Shown: positions 1 to 12,252 of the stretch, in pieces
Layout of the letters: every line of letters begins with the position of its first letter
Position numbering within the stretch: position 1 is the stretch's first letter
Translations under genes and position numbers: made by a program
Notes under the pieces: generated by a model
The model's database searches: none
The model's input: only the letters and a program-made list of their open reading frames with translations
Told to the model about the DNA's origin: nothing
Assembly (NCBI GenBank): GCA_034530875.2
Contig: JAVRCJ020000006.1
Location: 1 to 64,000, forward strand
DNA from: Nostoc sp. DedSLP01
Lineage (GTDB): Bacteria > Cyanobacteriota > Cyanobacteriia > Cyanobacteriales > Nostocaceae
Reading direction: 5' to 3'
Length of the DNA: 64,000 nucleotides

Positions 1-78
1 AAACCTGGCATTGACATTTACCCAAAAGATTTACTTGCTCTGCCTCCTGCGATTTTTTAGTTTCATCGAACTCACGTT
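1..78 (+). mobile_element. Probable right end of an IS982-like insertion sequence (transposase C-terminus plus terminal inverted repeat)
   Basis: Frame 1 reads KPGIDIYPKDLLALPPAIF-stop (1-60), resembling cyanobacterial IS982-type transposase tails as recalled; TCGAACTCACGTT at 66-78 ends where dehydrogenase similarity begins. Confidence 0.55.
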
Positions 79-359
79 TAATTAATATTGCTCGTGGTGC
101 AATTGTGGATGAATTTGCACTAGTGAAAGCATTACAGGATGGCGAAATTGCTGGTGCGGCTTTAGACACAGTGTTTACAGAACCGCTACCACCAGAAAGT
201 CCATTATGGTCGTTACCTAACGTTTTGATTACACCGCACTGTTCTGGTAATTCTCCGAGAACAAAAGAGCGATCGCTTGCTTTGTTCCTCGATAATCTGA
301 CGCGTTATCGCCAAGGTCAATCTCTGCGTAACGTTGTAGATCGAACAGCAGGTTATTAA
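78..359 (+). pseudogene. 3' fragment of a D-2-hydroxyacid dehydrogenase, apparently interrupted by an insertion
   Basis: LINIARGAIVDE...GAALD...LITPHCSG motifs; the same frame has TGA at 12-14 and no recognisable similarity before 78. Confidence 0.7.
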
Positions 360-434
360 TCGAAGTTACCAAAAGAAAATAGCCCCGAAACGAGGCTAAT
401 AAAAATGGATTTAGATAATTCAAGATGTTATTAA

Positions 435-986
435 TTATTCATTGTCAACAACATTATAGAATTGTAAACGAGCCGTCCCAATGATTGGGTTATGTGTTGA
501 CTTACCTGTTGAAATAGTACGCACTTGGAATTGATACATACCATCGTAACTGGGGTTACGATAGGGTTTTAAGCCAATAGTAATTGTTTTGCCAGGTGCG
601 ACTGGTTCATTAAAAGTGACAATGACAGTTCGCGATTGATTTTCGCTATTCGCCAGAGTAATACCTAACTTTTCTCCTCGACGGGATGAGTTACCACCAT
701 CAACGTTCCTTTCAAAGGCAAAACTTTCTTTAGCATCGAAGCTAATATCTTCGGAACCTTGTATTTGAGTCAAAGCAACTTGTTGCAGTGCATCGGTAGC
801 GGATGCTGGTACTGTTAGAGTGAAATAATAAGTTGCTTCCCAAGCTCTAATTTCATTAGAGGTTGTGGTTGCAGACAACAAACGTCCTGGCTGTGCTAAA
901 ACGACTGCATAAGTTCCGGAAACCGACAATAAAGACAGTCCTGCGCTAAGAAGCAAAGTTCTACGCAAAGTCGCTATTATGTTCAT
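435..986 (-). CDS. DUF2808-like secreted protein
   Basis: Signal peptide; YYFTLTVP, FNEPVAPGKTITIGLKPYRNPSYDGMYQF. Confidence 0.75.
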   Translation of the reverse strand: MNIIATLRRTLLLSAGLSLLSVSGTYAVVLAQPGRLLSATTTSNEIRAWEATYYFTLTVPASATDALQQVALTQIQGSEDISFDAKESFAFERNVDGGNSSRRGEKLGITLANSENQSRTVIVTFNEPVAPGKTITIGLKPYRNPSYDGMYQFQVRTISTGKSTHNPIIGTARLQFYNVVDNE

Positions 987-1303
987 GATTAGTTGGGGAT
1001 GGATACGTTTCGCTCTTGCTTTTATGTTGATAGGCTGTCAACATAAAAAACTTCAAAATGGCAGTTGAGTCGATATCCCACGGCTAAGCTGATACATAGT
1101 TATCGCAGCATAGATGCTTAAACTCAAACAAGACATTTCGCTTGAGTTTAGTTCTCTATACCAAGTTTTACTATGTAACTAAATTAGATCTAAATAGGAC
1201 ACCTACTGTTTTTTATTTCTATCTCAATTTTCAAATTTTAGCAAATTCATATTGAGATAAAATCACAGATTCATTTGGCTGAAATATCCAAATCCCATGT
1301 GCT

Positions 1304-1370
1304 TACGGGTCTTTATATCCTATGTTTTTATGGGTCTTTATATCCTATTGCTTTATGGGTCTTTGTATTG
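1304..1370. repeat. About 2.7 tandem copies of a 25-bp unit (TAYGGGTCTTTATATCCTAT...)
   Basis: Units start at 1304, 1329 and 1354. Confidence 0.8.
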
Positions 1371-1769
1371 ATTTTTTCGGATATTTAATTATTAAACTCA
1401 ATTATTTACTATCTAATTTAGAGCATTTTCATAATAGATTTACGCTGTATTTTTATAGTATATAAAGCATAAAAATAGAATATTTAGCAGTCAAATAGTA
1501 CTCAATATGAATCCAAAAATAAACTTCAATTGCGTAATCAGGTAATAACAATAATGCTGTGTAACATGACAAGAGAGCCGATTTCATACCAAAGGCGATC
1601 GCTAATCATATCGAAATGCGCCAAGATACTATTCACCCAAATCTGACACACTGACACAGAAAGTTTTACCTCACAACGATGCCCTAAACCCTAAATCGGC
1701 TCTTTGACATAAATTATTCATCTTTCCAATCAATATTTTTGACAAAGTAATATAACATGAATTACAATC

Positions 1770-1795
1770 TACAGTAAGTCAGTCGGCTTACCGAT
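1770..1795. promoter_or_regulatory. 26-bp palindromic operator-like box, copy 1
   Basis: TACAGTAAGTC-AGTC-GGCTTACCGAT, similar to boxes at 4222, 4296 and 4385. Confidence 0.6.
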
Positions 1796-1823
1796 ATTTA
1801 GTCAATTGGAGGTAAAAGTAAAA

Positions 1824-2075
1824 ATGGTATTAGCCCAAGATATCAATATCCAAGGGATTCAAGGCGCTCAAAAAGTAGATCGTCATTTGTTGTCGAGGAC
1901 GACACAACTAGGTACAGCTTTGGCAAAGCAGCTGTTATGGCACGCTAAAGCTTATAGCACAGTTTTTAGTATTATGTTGCTGACTTTTGCCAGTCTGATA
2001 TTTGTATATATCCATTGGTCTGGGAAAAAGTTAACTCAAGTTTTCCAGAATCGTGCTGTTATAGAACAAAAATGA
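1824..2075 (+). CDS. Small hypothetical membrane protein (83 aa)
   Basis: GGAGG RBS at 1808, one hydrophobic segment, stop overlaps the next ATG (ATGA). Confidence 0.6.
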   Translation: MVLAQDINIQGIQGAQKVDRHLLSRTTQLGTALAKQLLWHAKAYSTVFSIMLLTFASLIFVYIHWSGKKLTQVFQNRAVIEQK

Positions 2076-2875
2076 CTATACATAAAAAGTTGCGACTTGT
2101 ATCTTATTTGGCTCCGAATTGGTTCGGATTCTATCAAGCGATCGCAACTTATTTAAATCATGTTTTAAAAGTAGAAGTCGAGCTACAGCAAGGCGATCGC
2201 GACCCTTTAGAAGACCCCTTATTATTCCAAGACCAAATAGACTTAGCTTTTATTTGTGGATTACCATTAATTCGCTATAGTCAAATAATTTCAAATCAAT
2301 TTCAGGTATTAGTTGCACCTGTGATGAAATCATCGCGGTATAGTAACAGTCCTATTTACTATGCAGATGTAATTGTGAATGCTGATAGTAATATTAAAAA
2401 ATTTGCAGATTTAACAGGAAAAACATTTTGCTATAACGACCCAGGTTCTAATAGTGGTTACAATTTACTCTGTCATCGTTTAACTAAGGAAACATATCCA
2501 GAAAATTTCTTTGGCAAAACCCTACAATCTGGTTCTCATCAGCGTTCAATTCGCTGGGTACTTGAGGGATTAGCAGATTGTGCGGCGATTGATAGTGTGG
2601 TATTAGAACAGGAATTAAAGGATTTTCCTGAATTATCACAGCATTTGCGTGTGGTAGAAGCGCTTGGGCCTTCTCCGATGCCACCGTTAGCGGTAGCACA
2701 GCATTTAAGTATATCTTTAATTGAGCAAATGCAATTAGCATTACTCCAACCAGATACCCGGATGCAAAGAGTAATGAAACAATTTGATGTCAGACGTTTT
2801 GCCCCAGTGAAATTGGCAGATTATGAGATATTAAAGCAAATTTATAGCGCTCGTTTCGTTGCTTTGGACAGGTAA
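2072..2875 (+). CDS. PhnD/SsuA-like substrate-binding protein
   Basis: DLAFICGLP, NDPGSNSGY, SGSHQRSI, ADCAAIDS motifs; ATG at 2072 coupled to the upstream ORF. Confidence 0.8.
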   Translation: MTIHKKLRLVSYLAPNWFGFYQAIATYLNHVLKVEVELQQGDRDPLEDPLLFQDQIDLAFICGLPLIRYSQIISNQFQVLVAPVMKSSRYSNSPIYYADVIVNADSNIKKFADLTGKTFCYNDPGSNSGYNLLCHRLTKETYPENFFGKTLQSGSHQRSIRWVLEGLADCAAIDSVVLEQELKDFPELSQHLRVVEALGPSPMPPLAVAQHLSISLIEQMQLALLQPDTRMQRVMKQFDVRRFAPVKLADYEILKQIYSARFVALDR

Positions 2876-2922
2876 AAATATAAATAGGAGACGTTGTATG
2901 TAACGTCTCTAAATAGTTCACC

Positions 2923-4173
2923 TCAAGTTGCGATCGCATAATCCCAACTCTGCTTTTGTACAGACAAAACTGCATCTTGATAAACTTGCCCAAATAACAC
3001 TCGCTGTGCGTGACTTCCTCCAATCTCATGCAAGCGTGGTAAAACAGGTTTGAGTTCTGCAACTGTCGCGTGAAAATCCCCTTTGGCATGAGCTACCATA
3101 CCTCTAGCTGCGGGAATTGCCACCTCTAACCAGCGCTGTCGCAAAAAGGAATTGATTTTCAAAGTGTGATAGTGCATACTCTGAAGCATCTGGTTTACCC
3201 ACTTATGATGTCCAGCTTTAGCAAGGGCATAGACATAATGCAAGTCTTGAAATGGTAGTGCGTGTTCGTCAATCCGGCTGTAAAGATAGGGAGTGATACC
3301 TTCCCAACGGTTACCCACATTTACACCGTGCAATTCTAGCCTTAATAACAGCGAAATTGCTCCTACTTGGTCTTTGGGAGATTGTTTGTTTGCACCTTTC
3401 CAAATGTGCGTATCGTAGAATTTGAGAACTTTTTGATAGTTTTTTAACTTTAAATAATATAATGCAACGTGCCACCAGTTATGAGTGTAGAGCATGGAAT
3501 TGCAGTTTTCCCAAGTGTCTGCAAAACTCTCCATCCAAACTATCCCCTCATCAACTCTTCCCTGAGTTTCCATCACATGAGCGATCGCATGATGCGCCCA
3601 AGGATCGTATCTATTTAAAGCGATCGCTTGATATGCCATCTTTTCTGCTGCTTTTAGCTGGTGACACTGTTCTAAACCAAACGCCACCATACCGTATAAA
3701 TAATGATTTTCAGGATTGCTATATAAAACTTTTCGGGCAATTTCTAATAATTTTTCTTTGTCACCCATGTAAAAAAAGTGATACTGTCCCTGCTGTACCG
3801 AAATCAAATCGCGGGGAAAGCTATTGGTAATTTCCTCATGAATGGCGATCGCTACATCAATCTCTTGATTTGCCCAAGCTAAAATTGCTTGCACATATAA
3901 CTGTTCTCTGGCAGTAATCTTGGCCAAATGCTCTTGTGCTGTTTGCAGATATGGTTGCCCTTGCTGCCAAGCTTTGCTGTTTTCTTGGGTAAGATAATAA
4001 GCGCCTGCATAAGCATTGGCTAAAGCACAAGTAGGATCTGCTGCAATTGCTTCTAAAATCGCTGTTTCTGCATCTTTCCCATAACTGAGCATCCCATCAA
4101 TAAAACGATTAATACCTGCGATCGCTTCAGCTGAATCTGTTGTCACTATTAGCCCCTGTGCATCTTTAAGCAT
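2923..4173 (-). CDS. TPR protein, TTC38-like family
   Basis: GMVAFGLEQ, DPWAHHAIAHV, HNWWHVAL, GGSHAQR motifs. Confidence 0.85.
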   Translation of the reverse strand: MLKDAQGLIVTTDSAEAIAGINRFIDGMLSYGKDAETAILEAIAADPTCALANAYAGAYYLTQENSKAWQQGQPYLQTAQEHLAKITAREQLYVQAILAWANQEIDVAIAIHEEITNSFPRDLISVQQGQYHFFYMGDKEKLLEIARKVLYSNPENHYLYGMVAFGLEQCHQLKAAEKMAYQAIALNRYDPWAHHAIAHVMETQGRVDEGIVWMESFADTWENCNSMLYTHNWWHVALYYLKLKNYQKVLKFYDTHIWKGANKQSPKDQVGAISLLLRLELHGVNVGNRWEGITPYLYSRIDEHALPFQDLHYVYALAKAGHHKWVNQMLQSMHYHTLKINSFLRQRWLEVAIPAARGMVAHAKGDFHATVAELKPVLPRLHEIGGSHAQRVLFGQVYQDAVLSVQKQSWDYAIAT

Positions 4174-4221
4174 AATTAACTCCTTGCACCCAAATCTATA
4201 CAGTTGTTAACAACTCTAAAC

Positions 4222-4410
4222 TACGGTAAATCGGTCAAATTAGTGTTATTTATGAGGAGTATGTCACACTAATCCGCAAACTGCAAGGGAAAAACTACTT
4301 TAAATTGATAGACTAACCGTATTTAGTTTTGTAAAGGTTCTCGATCTAACCAACTAGGTTTGCGATAGTCTAAAATTCAATTGATACGGTAAATCGATAG
4401 ATTTACCGTA
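4222..4410. promoter_or_regulatory. Three 26-bp palindromic boxes in the divergent TTC38-like/ssuD promoter
   Basis: 4222-4247, 4296-4321 and 4385-4410; the last is TACGGTAAATC-GATA-GATTTACCGTA with perfect 11-bp arms. Confidence 0.7.
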
Positions 4411-4444
4411 ATAAACCCGGAAATTTTCCTCTGACATAGATATC

Positions 4445-5605
4445 ATGCAGCTACTTTGGTTTATTCCGACTCACGGTGAAGGGCGCTATCTTGGTACAGC
4501 TATAGGTGGGCGCGTAGTTAACTTTGATTACTGGCGACAGATTGCTCAAGCTGTAGATCACTTAGGTTTTACAGGAGCATTAATACCTACAGGCCGTTCT
4601 TGTGAAGATGCGTGGATTTTGGCATCGACTTTGGTAACACATACCAAGCAGATGAAATTTTTGGTAGCCATACGTCCGGGTTTAATGTCACCGGGAGTAG
4701 CAGCACGGATGGCAGCTACATTCGATCGCATTTCTGGCGGCAGATTGCTAATCAACGTCGTCACCGGAGGCGATCCGGTAGAATTAGCCGGAGATGGATT
4801 GCATCTTTCCCATGACGATCGCTACAGATTAACCGATGAATTTTTGACAGTATGGCGACAGATAGCAGGCGGAGAAACTGCCGACTTCCAGGGAGAGCAT
4901 CTGAATATCCAAAGTGGTAGGTTGTTATTTCCTACAGTCCAGAAACCTCATCCGCCTTTGTGGTTTGGAGGTTCTTCCCCTATCGCCCAAGAAATTGCAG
5001 CCAAACACGTAGACGTATATTTAACTTGGGGCGAAACACCGGAACAAGTTGCTCAAAAGGTTGCTTCTGTACGCAGATTAGCCGAAGCACAAGGTAGAAC
5101 ATTGCGTTTTGGGATTCGTCTGCACGTAATTGTGCGAGAGACACAAAGCCAAGCATGGGATGCAGCCAACGATTTGATTCGCTACGTAGATGATTCTGCG
5201 ATCGCCCAAGCCCAACAAGCTTACGCGCGCATGGATTCCGAAGGACAACGCCGGATGAAAGAATTACACAACGGCTCTCGTGAAGGCTTAGAAATTAGTC
5301 CGAATTTATGGGCAGGAATAGGCTTAGTGCGTGGTGGGGCTGGGACTGCCTTAGTAGGCGATCCTGATACCGTAGCTCAAAGAATGTTGGAATATCAAGA
5401 ATTAGGTATCGATACATTCATCTTCTCTGGTTATCCCCACTTAGAAGAAGCCTATCGAGTGGCAGAATTACTCTTCCCTCATTTACCGTTAGAGAATCAA
5501 CCAGCAGTAGAACCACAACTACTGAGTCCTTTTGGCGAAGTTGTAGCTAACCAAGAATTCCCCCCACAAATAATCAAAGAAAAAACAATCGCCACTGTAG
5601 ATTGA
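4445..5605 (+). CDS. ssuD: FMNH2-dependent alkanesulfonate monooxygenase
   Basis: [46 protein letters not shown]. Confidence 0.95.
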   Translation: MQLLWFIPTHGEGRYLGTAIGGRVVNFDYWRQIAQAVDHLGFTGALIPTGRSCEDAWILASTLVTHTKQMKFLVAIRPGLMSPGVAARMAATFDRISGGRLLINVVTGGDPVELAGDGLHLSHDDRYRLTDEFLTVWRQIAGGETADFQGEHLNIQSGRLLFPTVQKPHPPLWFGGSSPIAQEIAAKHVDVYLTWGETPEQVAQKVASVRRLAEAQGRTLRFGIRLHVIVRETQSQAWDAANDLIRYVDDSAIAQAQQAYARMDSEGQRRMKELHNGSREGLEISPNLWAGIGLVRGGAGTALVGDPDTVAQRMLEYQELGIDTFIFSGYPHLEEAYRVAELLFPHLPLENQPAVEPQLLSPFGEVVANQEFPPQIIKEKTIATVD

Positions 5606-6112
5606 AAAACTCTTTGCAAAGCTCCACTTTGAAAATAGGGAACTCGGAACGAAAATAAACTTCAAGTAGAACATGTAGTGCGGTGCGTTAGGCTAATGTC
5701 ATAACGCACCTTCGGTAAGATGAGCCTTTAGCGCTTTAATCATAGTTTTTCTAACAATTGACTCCTGGTAGGAATTTTATTTTGACTTTAATAAATAATT
5801 TCTCACAGCTAATTCAATTAAAGGATAAGATTTAAGTACAAATGCCTATTAATTTAGTTAAACTTTGCCTTGTGATGTCAGCTTTTCAAAATATTTAATC
5901 CTAATTTAACAGCGTTAGATTTTCAGGGTTTATTGCCATAAAATAACCAAAAATTAGAATAAATCCGATTTTTACAATTTCTATTATTTTGATTTTCTTA
6001 TTTGCTTACCACAACAAACCTCTGAGGTCAATCTGTGAGCTGAAGAACTTTGGTGAGATAATAGAGCTGTGAGGTAAAGAACGGACGCAACTTGATTATC
6101 AAGGGGGAAATT

Positions 6113-6568
6113 ATGAAACTCCAGCTATTAGCGGCCACAGCCTTAGCAACTCCCCTCTTTTTCATTAGCTCGGTCAGAGCTGAGAATCCGCAGGACTTAC
6201 AAAAACTGCTTTCAACTGGGGAATGTATCCAGTGCGATTTATCGGGAGCAAACCTCAGGGGCGCTCATTTAATTGGTGCTGATTTAAGAGGAGCCAACCT
6301 CCAAGGAGCCAACCTTGTAGAAGCGAACCTTGAAGGAGCCGATCTCACTGATGCTAACTTGGCAGGAGCTAACTTAACATCAGCGTATGTCACCAATGTG
6401 AATCTGAAGCAAGCCAATCTCGATAAGGTAAATTTTACTCGCGCTACAATTCACGATTCTAACGTGTACAAAGCATCCATGAACGATCTCAATCTTACTG
6501 ATGCTGAAATATTCAACACTGGGATTGGTATTGGTGGTGAAGATGCTGAAATTCCTGATTGGAAATAG
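6113..6568 (+). CDS. Pentapeptide repeat protein with signal peptide
   Basis: CIQCDL followed by A(N/D)LxG repeats. Confidence 0.9.
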   Translation: MKLQLLAATALATPLFFISSVRAENPQDLQKLLSTGECIQCDLSGANLRGAHLIGADLRGANLQGANLVEANLEGADLTDANLAGANLTSAYVTNVNLKQANLDKVNFTRATIHDSNVYKASMNDLNLTDAEIFNTGIGIGGEDAEIPDWK

Positions 6569-6770
6569 GCTCAAATGAGTAAGCAGGTTAAAAATAAACA
6601 GAACATAGGTTTTGGCACATTTTTAATCAAAGAAACTTGTTGTTTATAAACCTTTTCCTGAAACCTGCTGTTATAACAATATTAAAATAAATAAAACCCT
6701 CTGCCTTGTAGTTACTTCAGTATGATAAAGATAGAGGGATTTTTTTTATTCATAATCAATTTACAATTAG

Positions 6771-6980
6771 TAATTCTCGTTTCAGTACTTCTGCCAGAAA
6801 TATATGTAAATAAATGTAGGGTGTGTTAGTGCTTAGGGTACGACACCTCGATAGACTCTACTATATCAATTGAGGTGCGTTGTCGCAAAGCGCAACGCAC
6901 CCTACTATTGTTTGATGTTTAATTAAGTTGACCTACTTAATTCTTGTTTGAGTACTTCTGTAAGAAGTCTAAATGTAAAT
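6771..6980. repeat. REP-like palindromic element inside a diverged ~40-bp direct repeat
   Basis: GTAGGGTGTGTT...AACGCACCCTAC core; TAATTCTYGTTTSAGTACTTCTG at 6771 and 6938. Confidence 0.65.
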
Positions 6981-7131
6981 CGAAAAGAGAAAAGGGGAGT
7001 GAGGAAGACAACTTACAATCAGCCTTTGTCTTCCCATCCCCTTGTCTTGTTGATAAATAAGGTATTGCCAACTTGTGACAATACTCTCAGATAAACAAGC
7101 TAATTTTTTATACTAGCGTCTCAGTTTAAGT

Positions 7132-8397
7132 TCATGCCTGAGCTGCTGCCGAAAGTAAATCATTTGCTGCTTGCTTCAACAATTCGGCTTTATCGGTCTG
7201 TTCCCAAGGCAAATCTAAATCACTCCGCCCAAAGTGACCGTAAGCCGCGACGTCCTGATAAAAACGTCCGCCTCGTTCATTTGGTAAGTTGCGTAAGTTG
7301 AAGGTATGGATAATCCCTGCCGGACGCAGTTCAAATTTCTGTTTGATTAATTCCAGCAAGGTTTCTTCATCTACTTTGCCAGTGCCAAAGGTATCTACTA
7401 AGATACTGGTTGGTCGTGCTACGCCAATAGCATAAGAAAGTTGGATTTCAACTTTGTCTGCTAAGCCAGCAGCGACAATATTTTTTGCCACATAGCGAGC
7501 CGCATAAGCCGCAGAACGGTCTACCTTGGTGGGGTCTTTGCCAGAAAAAGCGCCGCCACCATGTCGTGAATAACCACCGTAGGTATCAACGATTATTTTC
7601 CGTCCTGTTAGACCAGAGTCTCCTTGAGGGCCACCAACAACAAATTTGCCAGTCGGATTGACTAAAAAGCGTGTTTCTTCGCTAGGCTTAACGTCAATAT
7701 CGCCAAAAACAGGTTCGACTACGGCTGACCAAAGGTCTTCTTTAATTTTGGCTTGTACTGCTGCCTCATCTTTAATTTCGCCGATACTAGCAGTATGCTG
7801 GGTGGAAATTAAGATAGTATCAATTCCTACGGCACGGCCATTTTCGTAAACTACAGTTACTTGGGTTTTGCCGTCAGGACGCAGGTATGGCAATTCGCCT
7901 GTTTTACGAACTGCTGCCAATCGCCGAGCAATGCGGTGAGCCAGACTGATGGGCAAAGGCATCAATTCTGGTGTTTCGTTGCTAGCAAAACCAAACATGA
8001 TACCTTGGTCGCCAGCGCCAATTTTGTCGAATTGTTCGTCACTATCTTGCTGGCGGGTTTCTTGGGCGGTGTTCACACCTTGAGCAATATCAGGTGATTG
8101 TTCGTCTAAAGCCAAGATAACACTGGTACTGTTAGCAGAAAAGCCGTTATCAGCATTGGTATAGCCGATTTCGGCAATTTTCTTACGGGCTAGATTGACG
8201 AAATTCACATTTGCTTTGGTAGTGATTTCACCAGTAATAAGCACTAAACCAGTATTAACTACTACTTCAGCAGCAACACGACTACTGGGGTCTTGTGCGA
8301 GTAGAGCATCAAGGATTGTATCAGAAATCTGATCGCAGATTTTATCTGGATGCCCTTCGGTAACTGACTCGGAGGTAAATAGATATCGACGAGACAA
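7132..8397 (-). CDS. metK: S-adenosylmethionine synthetase
   Basis: [31 protein letters not shown] start. Confidence 0.98.
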   Translation of the reverse strand: MSRRYLFTSESVTEGHPDKICDQISDTILDALLAQDPSSRVAAEVVVNTGLVLITGEITTKANVNFVNLARKKIAEIGYTNADNGFSANSTSVILALDEQSPDIAQGVNTAQETRQQDSDEQFDKIGAGDQGIMFGFASNETPELMPLPISLAHRIARRLAAVRKTGELPYLRPDGKTQVTVVYENGRAVGIDTILISTQHTASIGEIKDEAAVQAKIKEDLWSAVVEPVFGDIDVKPSEETRFLVNPTGKFVVGGPQGDSGLTGRKIIVDTYGGYSRHGGGAFSGKDPTKVDRSAAYAARYVAKNIVAAGLADKVEIQLSYAIGVARPTSILVDTFGTGKVDEETLLELIKQKFELRPAGIIHTFNLRNLPNERGGRFYQDVAAYGHFGRSDLDLPWEQTDKAELLKQAANDLLSAAAQA

Positions 8398-8605
8398 AGG
8401 TAATTCCTCCTTAATATTGAGTATTTTCGCTGACTAAATGTGGGTATTTAGTTCAACTACTAATTTATGAAATCATAACAAGATTTATACTTGAGTCGTT
8501 AGTGTCTTCTGAAGATCGATCGAAACAAATAATTACAGTGAAGAATCTGCAAGGAAGATAGAATTTATGCTAATAAGTTTCTTCAGAAAATGTTTTGCAA
8601 AATAC

Positions 8606-8638
8606 AAAAAAGCGGGGCACTCCGAAAAGTACCCCCGC
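8606..8638 (-). terminator. Probable intrinsic terminator of prk
   Basis: Minus strand reads GCGGGGGTAC...GTGCCCCGC followed by a T6 run. Confidence 0.65.
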
Positions 8639-8663
8639 AAGGTTTGACACAAACACCGTTGTT

Positions 8664-9668
8664 TTAAACTTGAACTGCTAACTTTGCTTCCTGAGCTGTC
8701 AGCCTCTCGTAGGCAGCACGCATTTTTAAACCTGTAAGCACTTGGAACAAACCAGTACCATTATTGGAACCGGGGTACTCACGGTGTTGGAGTAACAAGT
8801 GAGTCAACTCACCTTGATATTTGGTTGATGTGTTGCTCAGATGAGTTTCGATGTAAATGACTTCTTCGAGGTTGTCAAATTGACCATCTACTTCTAAAAC
8901 TGAAACGTAGCGACCGTAGTAGACATCTGAACCGTAGTACAGCTGCATACCAGGGTAAGAACAGGTCAGTTTGCGTCCGCAGGGAGTCCAAGTAATTGTT
9001 GACCCTTCATCAAACAGGTAGGTTGGCTCAAAGCCTTCCTTACCTTCCCGTTGAAGCATACGTACCCGTAAGACTCGACGCTCAGTGTCGTTTTTGATGA
9101 GGTTTGTGGGCAATACTTGAAGAACTACATCGGCAAATTCTCTTTGTGGTTCGATGAATTTTTCAAAGTCAGGTTTGCGAGAATTGATTTGTGCTAAGAC
9201 ATCTTCGTAGCGATGACCGCGTTCAGCCATGTCTCGCTGGATTTTCCAAGCAATTTTGACTTCATCGCTAATGTCGAAATACACGCTGAAGTCGATTAGC
9301 GATCGCACCCGTTCATCATACAAAGGATGCAATCCTTCAACCACTATAATATGATTCGGCTCTACCCTTTCTGGCGGATCGATTAAGCCAGTTTCGTGGT
9401 TGTAAATCGGCTTATCAATCGCTTGACCGTTTTTGAGCGCTTTAATTTGCTCGTACATCAGGTCAAAATTGTTTGCCCTGGGGTCTAGTGCAGTTATACC
9501 CGTTTCTTTGCGCTGTTTGCGATCTAATGAGTGATAGTCATCCAAGCAGATGACTGTCATTAAATCTTCACCAAACAAATCTATCAAACGACGCAAAAAC
9601 GTAGATTTACCGCAACCAGAGTCTCCGGCTACTCCAATCAGTACCACGCGTTCCGGCTTACTTGTCAT
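8664..9668 (-). CDS. prk: Phosphoribulokinase
   Basis: GVAGDSGCGKST, CLDDYHSLDR, QRDMAERGH. Confidence 0.97.
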   Translation of the reverse strand: MTSKPERVVLIGVAGDSGCGKSTFLRRLIDLFGEDLMTVICLDDYHSLDRKQRKETGITALDPRANNFDLMYEQIKALKNGQAIDKPIYNHETGLIDPPERVEPNHIIVVEGLHPLYDERVRSLIDFSVYFDISDEVKIAWKIQRDMAERGHRYEDVLAQINSRKPDFEKFIEPQREFADVVLQVLPTNLIKNDTERRVLRVRMLQREGKEGFEPTYLFDEGSTITWTPCGRKLTCSYPGMQLYYGSDVYYGRYVSVLEVDGQFDNLEEVIYIETHLSNTSTKYQGELTHLLLQHREYPGSNNGTGLFQVLTGLKMRAAYERLTAQEAKLAVQV

Positions 9669-10980
9669 AAATCTCCTCTAAATACTAAAAAAGTTGTGTC
9701 AATAATTTTTCACACAGCAGATTTTGAAGCCAGGAGTTTACCCCTTCGGTTTATCCTGCGTTCTTGCTACCCAGCACTGCTATAAGACATCAAAAAGTAG
9801 ACAACAAACTCAAAACTCATAAGTTGCTACTCATGGGACTAGCCTGAATCTTAAGTGCCGGTAAGTATTTAATCCTAGTGGTATATTTGATTTTAACAGA
9901 AGGGGGTATCCCATACAAGATTTGCCTTGTAGAAGAATTAGTGTAGTTGACTAATACTTTTGATGATTCAGTTGTTAATTTTTAAAGATGGATTCGCAAC
10001 ACCCGTAAGTATTGCACTGCTCTATTGTCTGCTAGTTATACCTCTATCTATCCAATTTTAATGGTATAAGATACATTAACTAGCAAAATTTTTGACATTT
10101 CTAAGTTGCGATCGCTCTTCAAGTCTCAAGATATTTCACTGCAAAATCTATCCAACGAAAGACTCCTGAAGTTGTATTTCTAAAATTCTTGGCTGTAAAT
10201 TTATTGAGATGCTCAAATTAGCAGTGTCAGTCCTATGACAAGCTACTGATAGAGGTTGACAGATTTTTCACATCAAGTAAAACTAATTATAATTGCTTAA
10301 ATCAGGGTTCTTTCTATCTTTACCTTCCGAGCTGGAGTTTTCCTAGTCATGTAATGATACGTGATTAGGTAATAGATATGGCGAAGAACATTTCGATAGA
10401 GTTGTAAATCTGGGCAAGTACAATCAAGTAGAATATGATTTAAAGTGCATCGATTGATACGTTATGTGCTGTCTCGTGCAGCATTACGTATTTTGTTGAA
10501 TTCAAATTTAAAATTTTGGATTGTTTTTTTGATTCGTGCTTCCAGATTGCTAAACGCCAGTAAGTTCAAGTCGAGAGAATCCTCGATGCGATCGCTTCCT
10601 TAATGCCGGGAAATACCTTTAATGCAGTGGCTCATCCTTCTGGAAGGAACAGATATCAAAATTTTCAAACCTCGTAACCTTTTTCTCGGGGTGAATCCAA
10701 AATACCAAATTAGTTGACAAAATTTAGTAAAAAAGTATCGGTGGTAGTTAACGAAGAAAAAATTAAATTGATTCATTATTAACATTCTCCAAAAGACTTA
10801 TCCTTTACCTTAGAAGGTGAACAGGTGTGTTTTTCACTATGCCTGCATGTCTTCGGTGAGTGTACTTAGCAAGGCGTCAGTTAATGATGCTGTTTTTCCA
10901 GAAGGTCAGTTTTGCGATCCGAAAATCCGGTAAACTAAAGCTGGCAAGGGATGGGAATAGTTTTTTTGAAAAACGGTTAA

Positions 10981-12252
<1,272 letters not shown>

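Noticed and set aside
1304..1370. Possible CRISPR mini-array
   Set aside because: The units are directly tandem with no unique spacers, and no cas genes are in the window
10550..10785. 61-aa ORF and hairpins in the prk-petH spacer
   Set aside because: No RBS or family motif; overlaps degenerate dispersed repeats and the petH promoter region
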